DNA of 64,000 nucleotides. It comes from Eledone cirrhosa. Lineage: Eukaryota. A program made the translations under genes and the position numbers. The stretch is taken from NCBI GenBank assembly GCA_964016885.1, contig OZ024755.1, positions 20,212,001 through 20,276,000 of the forward strand. Reading direction: 5' to 3'. The notes under the pieces were generated by a model that was given only the letters and a program-made list of their open reading frames with translations, was not told the DNA's origin and ran no database searches. Every line of letters begins with the position of its first letter. Positions within the stretch are counted from its first letter, which is position 1. Shown here piece after piece: positions 42,223 to 59,550 of the stretch.

Positions 42223-42385
42223 GAAGATAATACGTCATTATGTGGAACGAAAAGAACAATTACACGCAAAGACAAAACCACGTTTATGGTATAACTGAAG
42301 TCGTAGACTAAAATTCTATTTAGGAAACCGAATGATTCTCGGCTTCGAGCCCTGTTTGAATTTTAGTCTTCAAACTTATTATTAT

Positions 42386-42431
<46 letters not shown>

Positions 42432-42472
42432 TTCAAAGGGTATATATATATATATATAAATTAAACAAAGTC

Positions 42473-42510
<38 letters not shown>

Positions 42511-42726
42511 TTGTCAATTTCTACAGGCTAGAAGGAATATTAGGGAAATGTCATATAGCTGTACATCGCGGAAAAGAATCTGTATCATTTGTCTATTATC
42601 TATTATTTCTTCATAAGTATATTTTAAACTTATAGCCTCGTTTAAATGATTTTTTGTGTGGTTAATTTATACTGATTGGGAGAGGAAATACTGTATATAT
42701 TTTATCAAATGATTCTTTGGACTTAC

Positions 42727-42764
<38 letters not shown>

Positions 42765-42767
<3 letters not shown>

Positions 42768-43067
42768 GGGAGGGTCATATTTGTGTAATAATATTGGCGT
42801 AGGCATACAATACAACAGGAGGAAACATAATAGCACCACTGACGATGTTGCAAATGTGCAACGAAAGAACTTTGTTAAACTATATATATATGTTTGTGTC
42901 TATATTATATCTGTATTTTTGACCGTCGGTCAGTCAATGGTAACATTGAGGACCGAATAAATTAAATTAACTGATATAAAAGACACAGAAGCGAAAACCA
43001 ACCAAACAGTGAGTGTGTTCTGTTATTAATTCTGGCAATATTATTACACAAATATGACCCTCCCCAA
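42765..43067 (+). mobile_element. (TA)n-embedded element with 32-bp terminal inverted repeats and an internal hammerhead-like core
   Basis: TTGGGGAGGGTCATATTTGTGTAATAATATTG and its exact reverse complement at 43036-43067. CTGACGA-T-GTTGCA(AATG)TGCAAC-GAAA lies at 42839-42866. A second partial copy lies at 54153-54325 (-). Confidence 0.8.
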
Positions 43068-43169
43068 GTATATATATATATATATATATGTTTATATATA
43101 TGATACAATTTCTGAGAAAAATATATTTATAAAATAGAGTAGAGTATTTTCAATATATATATGGGGTGG

Positions 43170-43212
<43 letters not shown>

Positions 43213-43222
43213 TGTGAGTGTG

Positions 43223-43279
<57 letters not shown>

Positions 43280-43702
43280 ATATATATATACGTCCTTATA
43301 CATACGAGAGATTAAGGTGCCAGAAATGAGTGAGGTCAAGACACGACATTTGCTTGAAGCTAATCTCTTTACATTTCCCAAAGAATATAATTTCATAGAA
43401 ATCGTTTATAATTGATTTGAAGAACCATGTTGTTCCGTAGAGATTTCATTTATTGATTTCTGGTGCAACTATGTTTAGAAGATATAGACCACATCTGGAA
43501 AGAGTTTAATTCTGTCCTTATCGAATCAGTTATTATTATCTAAATTTATCTTGCTGTTCTTTTATGTCCGGTGAGTGTACAAACATATATTTCTGAATAT
43601 TAATACGTTATATATTATACCAAACAGTAAGACACACATTATATATATATGAACAATATGAAAACATGGCGTGCTGCGTGGTTGCAAATGGGTTACATAT
43701 GA

Positions 43703-43925
43703 ATAAATTTAGTCCTTCATCAGTGATCTTCCAGCCTTCATCGCTTTAAAGACCATATACCTCTGGTTGGTGCGAGCAACGGCTAAAGAAAGTCGTTGGG
43801 TCTCGCTCGTTCCCCCTATTTACGTGTCCCAACGACTTTCTTTAGCCGTTGCTCGCACCAACCAGAGGTATATGGTCTTTAAAGCGATGAAGGCTGGAAG
43901 ATCACTGATGAAGGACTAAATTTAT
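43703..43925. repeat. perfect 98-bp-arm palindrome abutting (TA)n
   Basis: 43703-43800 is the exact reverse complement of 43828-43925, with a 27-nt loop. A related single-arm copy lies at 11969-12040. Confidence 0.95.
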
Positions 43926-44226
43926 ATATATATATATATATATATATATCAGTAAAACAGATATATATGTCAATGAAACCATATTTGATCGGACTACAAT
44001 TAAAGAAAGAAATATTTTCCCGATTTTCTAAGTTATTATTTACAAGCAACGACTGTTGTTAATTTTTTTCCTACATCTGGGATTCCGAAATGTTCAAATA
44101 CATACACACATTATATATTATATATGTATCTAGCTGTCGAAACGGCCGGAGCTCAGCCGTCGGAGTCCTGACGTTTATCCTATATATATATATAGTTTCA
44201 TCTGGGTTTCCCAACTGTTCAAATAC

Positions 44227-44291
<65 letters not shown>

Positions 44292-44980
44292 ACAAAAGGT
44301 AAACAGAAATAAGTTTCAAAAAAAGACCGCATGGATAAGTCTTTAGAATATGAATTCAAAATATTGGAGTGCAGCACTGGACAAAGAGAAAGGAAAAAAA
44401 CAATTTTACATCGCACCAAAATTATGGCATTCTATTTGTTAGCTGTTTATTTGCAATTTTGTTGATTGTTTAAAGCCGTTAATGAACTTCAGATAAACTA
44501 TTCTACAAATAATTGGTGTTTATGAGTTAGGAAGAGATTTTTTATCATTAAAAAATAGAGATTAAGGAAAGACAGGAAGAGATCACTATATTCTTATTGA
44601 CATCTCAATAATGATTATAAATTTACTTTATATCAAATATAGAGTTTGTTCAGCTTGTAGAAGGTTTTGGTAATTTATTATACCGTAAATATACGAACAT
44701 TCAAGATGGCTATAGGCGAGCGTAGCGAATTTATCAGCTCTTATAATAATAAATAAACGTATAGTTTTTATTATCTGACCGACAGATTTCTACTATTATG
44801 CAAATGAATTTGTTGCTCAGCACACAATTATTATTATTTTTTTTTTTTTGCATTTTAATACGTAGCCATCGGATAATGTCATAGAGAGATGGGAATGAAA
44901 TGTTAAATGAGTGATTTGAATAACAATGGAACCTAAGAATTCGAGCCTCGTCCCTACGACTTAATTTCACACCAAAGCTA

Positions 44981-49385
<4,405 letters not shown>

Positions 49386-49486
49386 GTATATAGGCTTGTG
49401 TGTGTCGTGAGGATGAGAGCTGATTAATTCAAACAGAAATACAAAGTGGTATTCATGTTACACGACCTTAAATGTCTTTACAGTAA

Positions 49487-49668
49487 GTGTTTCTACATTA
49501 GGCACAAGGCCAGCAATTACCCAGTGCATTACTGGTACTTTATTTTATCGACCCCGTAAGGATGAAAGGCAAAGTCAACCTTGGCGGGATTTGAACTCAG
49601 ATCGTAAAGGGACGTAACTATGCTGGAAAGCATGGCGTCCGACCCTCTACCAATACTGCCAATCCACC
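49487..49668 (-). mobile_element. SINE A
   Basis: Near full-length match. Confidence 0.9.
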
Positions 49669-50860
49669 TTTACATTAATATTCACAATTTAACTTCTTAA
49701 AGAAATTAAGATTTGTACTTTTACATAAGGTGAAATAATTTTAGCAACTATTTTAATGTGTTTAATCACGTGCAAGGATAATATTGTAGGAAATTTAAAT
49801 ATAAGTAACTTTAACTAACACGTCTAACTCCGTTACTGCATAATTCACGGAACGTAATATGGTAATTATAGAGTTGTTATTTTTTCTGTGAATCAGTATT
49901 TATATATGAAATGAGATTCATGATATTGAAATGAGAAAAGTGTCAGCAATCAATTCACATATCTATACCGAAATCGAGAATATATTTTGATATTCCAAAA
50001 ACATTCATCAATTATGTTATTTGTTAGCCGCTAGGAAAATAGCGAAGAAAGCGTATGTATACTGCTCAGATTAATCTATAAATGTCAGTCTACGAATTAT
50101 CAGTGATGACACAGCGAGTGTATCATGAGAATATTGGTTATCATGTAACTCAGTATTAGAATAATATCTGACTCGTATATAATTCGTTTTGAGAAGTCAT
50201 GCCTAAATTAAGAAGGAAAGTTAATTTGTTTTAGATGTTCAGCGTATATGAATGCAAAAGGAATCTAATCGTGGCATGAGGTTTCTGGCCTGTTTGATAA
50301 ATGATGTCAAATTCAGTTGAATGAATATCTGATAACATTACAAAAAAACAAACCAATTCGATTTTAATTATCTAAGAGATGAATATGGTTTATATTTTAC
50401 TGATAAATCGTTATTCTCTTTAATGTATATGGAACATTGAAATCACGTAATAATTGGCAATGACGCTAGTATGAAAAACAAACCTAAAGCACCATTATCA
50501 AACTTCATCTGGAAGAGAGATATATATATATACATATTTTAAATGGGAAATATGATCTAAAAGCACTGAAATTATTCATTTTCTCATAAAATATTATAAA
50601 ATATTATAAATTAATTGCAAAAATAAATCAATAAATTTATAATATAGAATATCTTTATTCAATTAGAAGTTGTTAGATTTGCAGAAATGGTAGTGTTGGA
50701 CAACATGAGGTTGAGGTTTGGTTGTATGACTATGTTTCTGAATTATTATTCTACCGAGGTCAACGTTGATTTTCATCTTATAAACCCTCTCCAAATAAGT
50801 GTGAGCCATCAACGTACCGAAATTTAAAAGTGTTGTGTTGTTTTAAATTTGAAATATTTC

Positions 50861-51042
50861 GAAGATTATGTCGATGATAAAGAGTATGTCGATGATAAAG
50901 ATTATGTCGATGATAAAGATTATGACGAAGATTATGACGATGATGAAGATTATGACGATGTCGATGACGATGATAAAGATTATGACGATGTCGATGATGA
51001 AGATACCGATTATGGTGACAACGACCACCGCGATGTTGATGA
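50861..51042. repeat. GAT-rich 18-bp-unit minisatellite
   Basis: Repeats of GATGATAAAGATTATGTC and variants. Confidence 0.85.
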
Positions 51043-52671
51043 CAGAATAAGAGAAATCCTGAATAGTCTATAACATACAATGTTTACAGCAATGAAAAAC
51101 ATCAGCCATATTCGCCTTACACGCTAGGAGGGACATACAAAGGTCGCGAGCCTTGTTTTTGTTTCACCTCTCATGACAGTTTAATAAAAATAAAGATGAA
51201 TATATGCAGATTATTCACCGCTTTTTAAAAATCTCAATTAACCAAAAACATTAATTATATTAAGAATTACGAGACAGTCATCTCTTGATTAGTTCCTTTC
51301 ATTCGACATCTCAACAATACACACATATACATGTATGAAATTGCAGTCAATAAATCTTAGATCGTTACAAGCACTTTAACTATACAATTATTTAAGAGTA
51401 TTGCTGAATGATTCCAAGTAGCATCCGTGCAAATGTTTTATAGCAGACAACCAAACGAAAATATTATTGTTTTACATTCAATTACCGAAAATATCTCTGG
51501 ATGTATGAAATATATTTTATTTACATTTGACACATTATAAATTCGTCTCATTCAATAACCAATTCTATATAAAGCCTTATCTACTTTCATTCTGACAAAT
51601 TTGATTGGCATTGGTGAATTAATAAATAATGAAAACGTGATAGAGGCCTTTCACGTCAGAAATGTAGTGTATATATATCCTGGAGTCTAATAATTCAAAT
51701 ATTTCTTTATGACATCTCTAAAGTACTTTCCAGTAATGGCGATGCTTTCTGGTCGATATTAATAGTCAGTTATTCATAGTTTATATTTAATGCTGTTGAT
51801 AAGGGGGGTACAATACATTCAAAATTCAAAATATCTTCTATTGGATGCATAAATAACACATGAAATCGATAATACCGTGCACTGCGACACAATAAATTAT
51901 ACTTAGATTTTTAATTGATCATAAATATTAATAATCGAGAGAATTTAGTTACATGCAAACACAAAATTTGCTTTCGTATTCTTTATTTGTAAGATCCGAT
52001 GCCTTTTCGATAGAAAAGTTTCATTACATTTTAGAACAGCAACTTTTATAGAAGATTTAAAAGAAAAATAAATAGTATTTCAATTAAATTAATTTAATTA
52101 TCAATGTATCGTACATAGGTTTTAAGAAATAGGATAGGTTTTGTCTGAATATGGGATTCTTAGTATATCCCATTTTGTATATTAAAAATATTCGATTACT
52201 TAATAGAATTATATGCACGAGTACAATCACATACTTGTGAGATCAATTAATAATTGATTGTAATGCTAATCCTTTTAAAGATAGGTTGATGCAATGACAT
52301 GTATCTATAGGTATGTGTGCGGGGGTAGCTCTGCGCGTGTGTGAGTATTGAAAGGTGCATGTCTTAGTGAGTAGGCTTACGATTAGGTCATCGTGGCCTC
52401 GAATGAAAGACCGGGCAGCGTGTAGTGCCCTTCAACATTTAATGTGGCTCAAGTCAAGTCAGCTAAAGTCTCAAAAACATATGGGGTTTATATTTGTGAC
52501 GAACTGTCTAGAGAGAAGACGTGGATTCGTTTACTCTCAGTTCCTAACGCAAAGAAAACAGAGATAGACTCCGTCCTGGTGAGGCTCTGCGCTTAGGACA
52601 AAGTTTAACATAACGATACGGTTTGGATGTGACAATCATCTATATAAATAAAGTGCTTAAGAATATGAAAT

Positions 52672-53257
52672 ACTTTTTAAAACATGTAATAACCTCAAAC
52701 GCAGAAAAGACCGAAACAACAGTTGATATCTATAAATAATAGCTAAGAAAATCGGGTAAAATACACTTATAGACGGAAAAAGTGGCCCAGCAGCCGTTAC
52801 AAAGATTCGAACTCTGTATTCCTCGAATTCCGATCGAGTACTCAAATCATTGAGCTAAGCGGCCACTGACAACAGACTCCGTCTGAATTAGAAGCTATAC
52901 GAAGACAGCTTCGATAGTTTCTATAGAAGGTTGTTTATATCCATAGACGAAAATAATTGATTATTTATAGCAGTCGATTGTTGATTCAACCTTTTATACG
53001 TTTGTGATTCGTATTTCTTCTAAAAACAATTCCATATTATCCAGGGTTTCGATAGTTTATATAGAGGTTTGTCACATCGAAGCTGTTAATACAGCTTCTA
53101 ATTGTGAGAGAATCTGTTGTTAGAGGTCGCTTAGGTCAATGGCTAGAGCAGTCGGCCGTAATTCGAGGAATATTAAATTCGATTCTTCTTATCGTCTGCT
53201 GTCTAATCCTACTGCAATATTTTCTGCGTTTGGGATTCCTACATTTTCTAAAAAGTG
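52672..53257. mobile_element. diverged fold-back element with a tRNA-like cassette in each arm
   Basis: Arms at about 52672-52915 and 53076-53257 are reverse complementary. The A-box-like TAGCTCAATG and B-box-like GTTCGAATC point outward. Confidence 0.65.
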
Positions 53258-53410
53258 TGTGTATATATATATATATATATGTAAAAGTTCTATTTAAATT
53301 GTTGGGATACAACAAGCAAATATTTTTATAACTGATATAAAGCACTCAACAAATATTTGGAGTAAAAATACGATATTAACAAATGGAAACTATATTTATA
53401 AAACCATATT

Positions 53411-53475
53411 TATTTCATTATACATATTTCAAGGACACCAAGTTAAATTATGGTGTGCTTTCATCAGATAAAATA
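53411..53475 (-). ncRNA. type I hammerhead ribozyme (mirror copy)
   Basis: Reverse complement of 53648-53712. Confidence 0.75.
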
Positions 53476-53647
53476 TAATATAGATCAGTTTTATAAATAA
53501 ATATTGACATACCCTTAAAGAATGCAACCATTACTGTTGGAAGCTCCCGGAATTAAGCTACAACTCCACTATCCGAGAGCTTCCAACAGTAATGGTTGCA
53601 TTCGTTAAGGGTATGTCAATATTTATTTATAAAACTTATCTATATTA

Positions 53648-53712
53648 TATTTTATCTGATGAAAGCACACCATAATTTAACTTGGTGTCCTTGAAATATG
53701 TATAATGAAATA
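53648..53712 (+). ncRNA. type I hammerhead ribozyme
   Basis: TATTTTAT-CTGATGA-AAGCACACCA(loop)TGGTGTCCTT-GAAA-TATGTA-TA-ATGAAATA. Confidence 0.75.
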
Positions 53713-53751
53713 AATATGGTTTTATAAATATAGTTTCCATTTGTTAATATC

Positions 53752-53801
<50 letters not shown>

Positions 53802-53930
53802 TAAAGTTACATTGTATACATACAGATAGGGTAACCGAGACTAGACCAATATGTATATAAATATTCACATATTGAATATGTAGACATGTAAAAATGCCAG
53901 AAAATTTCCTGTGAACTGAGAAAATGATAA

Positions 53931-53979
53931 ACACCTTTAATTGATTGTCAGACCTAGTTGGTCCCTCATCAGAAAGCGT
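53931..53979 (-). ncRNA. degenerate type I hammerhead motif
   Basis: ACGCTTT-CTGATGA-GGGACC(AACTA)GGTCT-GACA-ATCAAT-TA-AAGGTGT, with GAAA mutated to GACA. Confidence 0.5.
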
Positions 53980-56302
53980 ATATATCATCGAAACAACCAC
54001 AAGGAAACAAGTATTTGATGGGCTTATACACCTTTTCGTTCTTAGTATTATTCTGAAATGGAATATATTTGCATATAATTAGCGTTCATGTTGATAGTTA
54101 ATTAAGGTGTATATTTTGAAGTACGTTAGTAGCCGAAGTTTACGATAAAGTTATATTTGGGGGGGGTCATATTGTTATAATATTGCCAGAAATATATAAT
54201 AAAACATACTCGCTGTTTGGTTTAGGTTGGTTTTCGCTTCAGCATATTTTGTATTTCTATAATTAATTCAGCTGGCAATCAATGTTTATCATTGATTGAA
54301 CTACAGTTATAAATATAAATATAGTATTATTAGTATTATTCTGAAATGGACGTACTAGTTAGGAAAACATGAGATTGCACGAAACCTTGAAAAATCCGGA
54401 AATAGCATATATGAAATAATTACTAAAAATAATGTCTTATTTCAGTAGTGTCGTATCTTGTTTACATTGCATTGGTGTAGTGTCTTGCTTGTATTTTATT
54501 TTTAGACAGAATAGCTATCTAGGTGAATAACAATCTTATATATAAGTCACATTCCTATTATTTGTACCGAAAATAAGAATACTGTCCCGAACAAACCATT
54601 AACAATTATTGGAAATTGACTATACACTTTAGTAATGATTATACCATTTCCATTAGTTAATTCTAATATCGAAAACGTTTTCTCCGGGATATGTAGCCAA
54701 TCAAATTAAAGTGAGATAGTGAGATAGTATTGTTGCCCAAAGCAATATTTTGTAGAACATTCAACGAGTTTCCCTGTCTATATATTTCTTGTTTCAATAT
54801 CAAAAGAACAGCATACGAAAATACAAAGAAAAAATTGCTGGGATGAGTTTTATATTCATTCTCTATTTCAAAATATAGAATTTCTGTAAAAGTTTGGACA
54901 CACGTATATCAATTTAATGGGATACTTGATCATAACTTCCTTTAACCTTATGTTCTGTAAGTGTTTCTCTTGGGGAGATATTTGGTTTTGCTCATGTATC
55001 AGTAAATATGAATATTTAACGCTTTATTACACGTTGGGGACGTAATTTCCTTTTTATGAATCGAATCAGCCCTTTGAATGCCATAGACGCCAAGTAATAG
55101 CATTTTCACATGAAAAAGAAAAGCACACACATATCATGCTTATAATATCTTGGTTCGGGTGATTTACAAGAAATATCTGAAGAAAATAACAGTTTTCTCC
55201 TTTATAATAGCTATTGGATTCTATAATATAGACTTACACGTTGGATGTATGAATATATGTTGAGAATATGTGATGTGCAAAAGTATTGTCAGAAAGTAGC
55301 GGCAATGAATACCGCTTTGTCTAGATTTATTACGGGAATACAGCTACTTTAGACAAAAGGTGTCAACATTTTTTCTTCATATACTCAATTTCTACATCGT
55401 ATTTTCGACAGATCTTAGATTGTATGCATAACGGTATGAATAGTATTAATATATTTCACAAAACATATCATTCAGAAGTTGAAGAAAATGTGTAATAAGT
55501 AATATTGTTACACGCCACTCAAATGAATTTGTGTTGATAAAATTTATCATGAGAACATTCCAACGAAGTATGCAAAATTTGTAAGCACTATGGCGTACCC
55601 TTTTATCTCATCTATCATTATTATGCTTATCAAATATTTAATCAGAATCATTCTCCAAAAATACATGTTTCTTAGGAACACTTTCAGATTTTAAGATTAT
55701 CTATCTAAGCTTTAAAACTATATTTTTATCGACGTAACTCCGGTTCTCTTAATTTTATAATCTTCAACTTTAAAATTTAAGTGCAAACTTAGTAAAACGG
55801 TAAGCAAAATATATATTTTCACATGTAGATCTAAAATCTAACACGATTTCACCAACAAATTTATGGTGATTCTAAACAAAACTTGATTCTAAATTTCCCC
55901 AGCCACGATGTAGTTTATGAATACCAAAGGCTTGTTACGGGTATGTTTCCCTTTTATAATTTGATGACATTGTACTTATGTTTTTTTCAAACGCCGTTAC
56001 TTTGATAAACACAGAATACACTGGATGATCAATTAGGTATAATCACAAAAAGCGTAAGAATCAAACTTTCTTATTATAATGCATATAGCTAGGAACATAT
56101 GTCCTTTCAATATGTTCTTGTACTTCTTGTGTTTCTGAAATTAAACAATCTTACAAAAACCCATGAAACCTACATAAAGCAAATGGGCGAGAAGTCTGAA
56201 TGTAAGAAAACCTACCAAGAGCAATAGCAGACCAAATAGACTGGAGAGAACGTGTCATAAAGATCCGTACAATAAGCATTCCCGAATGATGATGACTCTC
56301 TT

Positions 56303-56372
<70 letters not shown>

Positions 56373-56375
<3 letters not shown>

Positions 56376-56606
56376 AAGTAGTAACATGTACTTACGCCGT
56401 ATTTGACTAAATAAAATAAGTCTGTTAGTTGGGATTTTAAAATAAACCTCTGAATGGAAAAAAAGGATGAGTATTGACGTACATGGGACAGGAAACTCGC
56501 ATCCTTGGTTTGCCTTTTTTCCATTCAGGGTTTGTTTTTTTAAATCACAACTAACAGACTAATTTTATTTAGTGAAATACGGCGTAAGCACAGGTTACTA
56601 CCTAAT
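56373..56606. repeat. imperfect 94-bp-arm fold-back element abutting (TA)n, related to 29373-29596
   Basis: Arms at 56373-56466 and 56513-56606. It shares ATGGAAAAA..GATGAGT.TTG.CGTACATGG and downstream TTCAAA.TCGC...GTTTC.AAACA with the 29.4-kb element. Confidence 0.88.
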
Positions 56607-57322
56607 TTTCAAATTCGCTAGCTGTTTCTAAACAAAGTCTGCTTTCTCTCTCTCTCTCTGATATATATATATATAACTTTTGCCAACAACACTAACATGG
56701 CCTGCTATGATATGATATAAATGTATATATATATATACATTTGTATCGTTAAGGTGAAGTGTCCACCACACAAACAGAAGAGGTAACTATAAGAAAAATA
56801 TTAATATGAAACAGTTCGTGAATAATATATTTGGTTCACAGCGAAGTAGAAACCTATTCACATTAACCAAAACTTATTCACTCACTCCTCTAAGGCCAGA
56901 GTCTGATAACTATTCATAATCTATGTAATATTGATATGTATATTTTATTGAGCGTTTAGTGATATACAAAAGTGAGATTGCAAATAATATGGTTGTTTGA
57001 TAAGCCTTTTCAAAGTGCCGTAGCTGTGTATTAAATGGGAAAATCTTGAAATAGTGTTACTGAAAAGAAATTAATTCCTTCTTAAAATAGGCATTATATA
57101 TTTCAATATCCGTAGTGTTACTGTGACCGTAAAAGAAATGCTTTACGATGTCCATTTTCTTTAACTTCAGAGCTTTATCATTATTAGATTTATCATATTT
57201 TCTTAGTTACAATATATATCCAAAAATATTAATGGTACATTGAATCTACTATAAATCTACTATACACTCCCACATAATTTAATTTGCCTCAAACCTAATA
57301 AAATCTACCTCTATATATCCAA

Positions 57323-57485
57323 AGGGCAGCGAATTGACAGAGTTGTTAGAACGTCGGATAGAATGTTTTTGGTGGCACTTCTTTGGGCTCCCTGCTCGTT
57401 GAGCTCACATTCTACCGAGTCCAACTTTGTTTTTCATCTTTTCTAAGTCGATAAAAGAAGTACCAGTTTAGTATTGGAGTCAATT
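57323..57485 (+). mobile_element. old SINE A-related copy
   Basis: GGCAGCGAATTGACAGAGTTGTTAGA...CTTTGTTTTTCATCTTTTCTAAGTCGATAAAAGAAGTACCAGT. Confidence 0.65.
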
Positions 57486-58291
57486 TTTTTTCTCTGTTTC
57501 TCTTTCTCATTTCTTCTTATCAATCTCTATCCTCATAAGGAGATGAAAAGGGCTTCGTTAGGTTAAGAAGATGTCCAGGAAATAACCGTATGTCACTACG
57601 GTGCCCGCTATGATTCTATCAGAAGTTATGGGTATTCACATACATACGTACATCTATACATATATCCAAAATAAAATATTCTACAATCGACATATTTATT
57701 GCATAGATCTTCATATTTTTTCCATGAAACTCTTCATATTGTTTCCATGAAACTCCCAGACGATATAAACCTCAAAATGGAGCAATGACCAGGAGCAATG
57801 ACCAGGAGCAATGGAAAATCATGAATTGTGGAAAAACTTTGTCAGGAATGTTCAACTGTGGCTGTAATGATGATGAATACTTTTCTACTATGTTTTCAGG
57901 GTACTCTAGTAATATCAACCCAAATGTGTTCGCAAGAAATATTTAGAAATTGTGGCGTATATTGAAGAACTGAATGTAGACGAGACTGGAATGATTGATG
58001 TTTTTAATATATAATGTGAAGGTATACAAAGCAGCGAAACCAAACGACAGTTTGTCATTGAGTTCAAGTTAGGAGTGTCCACGGTGCGGGTCTGGGAGTA
58101 TTGATAAGAGCGAAAGGTAAAACTAATCCTATCACCACCATTGGGCACGATAAGAAGTTTTTCATTACTTCAAAAATAGATGTTATTAAAATATACAAAC
58201 ATCTTCACAGTATGATTGTGAAGAGGTTTTTTAATAAGAGGTATTTAATTCTTTAAGCAGTTCTAACCGGTTTTGAAGTACGTATCACTCC

Positions 58292-58334
<43 letters not shown>

Positions 58335-58745
58335 TCAGTCACGCATATACAAACATTCTGACATAAATACACACGCAGATACATGCACAAAGCTCGGAGA
58401 CATACATACGCTCGAACACATTCACATGGTGCACGCAGACACGCATACACATGTTCATAGACACATACGCTCAGGCATACATACACATGTTCACAGACAT
58501 ACGCTCAGACACATACATATATGCTCAGACATACATACATATATGCTCAGACATACATATAGTCAATTTGATAAGGTGTCAAAACGCGAGACTAACGTGC
58601 ATATTACAAGCATCAAACTTCATGTTTCTGTGTATGTAGTTATACGAATGTAAGAGTCTCTGTGTGTGTTTGTATGATTTGGGGCGTGTATGTGTGTGTA
58701 GATATATATGGCTTTCAATATATATACGTGAGGATTTTAATGAAT

Positions 58746-59313
58746 CATATATATATATATATATACATAAATACATAAATATATATATATATATAAATAC
58801 ATAAATATATATATAAGCATAAATATATCTATATACATAAATACATAAATATATATATATATATATACATAAATATATATACATTAATAAATATATATAC
58901 ATAAATACATAAATAAATATATATACATAAATACATAAATAAATATATATACATAAATACATAAATATATATATATACATAAATATATATATATATACAT
59001 AAATACATAAATATATACATAAATACATAAATATATAAACAAATACATAATTATCCATAAATACATATATATATATACATAAATATACATGTATATATAT
59101 ACATAAATATACATATATATATACATAAATATACATATATATATATACATAAATACATATATATATATACATAAATACATATATATATATACATAAATAC
59201 ATATATATACATAAATACATACATAAATATACATAAATACATATACATAAATACATATATATACATAAATATATATATATATATATATATATAACGGATA
59301 CTCCTATTTCCTG

Positions 59314-59354
<41 letters not shown>
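58746..59354. repeat. (ATACATAA/TA)n A/T-rich minisatellite
   Basis: Direct observation. Confidence 0.92.
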
Positions 59355-59356
<2 letters not shown>

Positions 59357-59550
59357 CAGTCATATGCACAATGCTTCTCCTTTTACACATGACTAGTCAT
59401 TGTTTTTAAGCCAAGATAATCGGATTAATTTCTATATTCTGAGAATGTTGCAGTCGTTTTAGAAGATATACTGATAAGTTCGAATCATTCTATAACACAC
59501 AAATTTATGCGCATGCTTATATGTAGCGTATGTATAGAAATAAATAAATG

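Larger units (their letters stand above)
53281..53755. mobile_element. fold-back pLTR-like element between (TA)n tracts with a hammerhead in each arm
   Basis: Arms at 53368-53551 and 53572-53755 (184 bp, about 3 mismatches) with a 20-nt loop. The minus-strand arm extends a further 87 bp or so to (TA)n. Confidence 0.9.

Noticed and set aside
50849-51073. Asp/Tyr-rich ORF resembling a FLAG tag or biomineral protein (DDKDYDD)
   Set aside because: It is a GAT-based minisatellite without a true ATG or evident splice context, so the similarity is coincidental.
57778-57875. GGAGCAATGACCA triplication with AMENHELWKNFV
   Set aside because: Probably a tiny decayed RTE 3' end. Too short to support as a feature.
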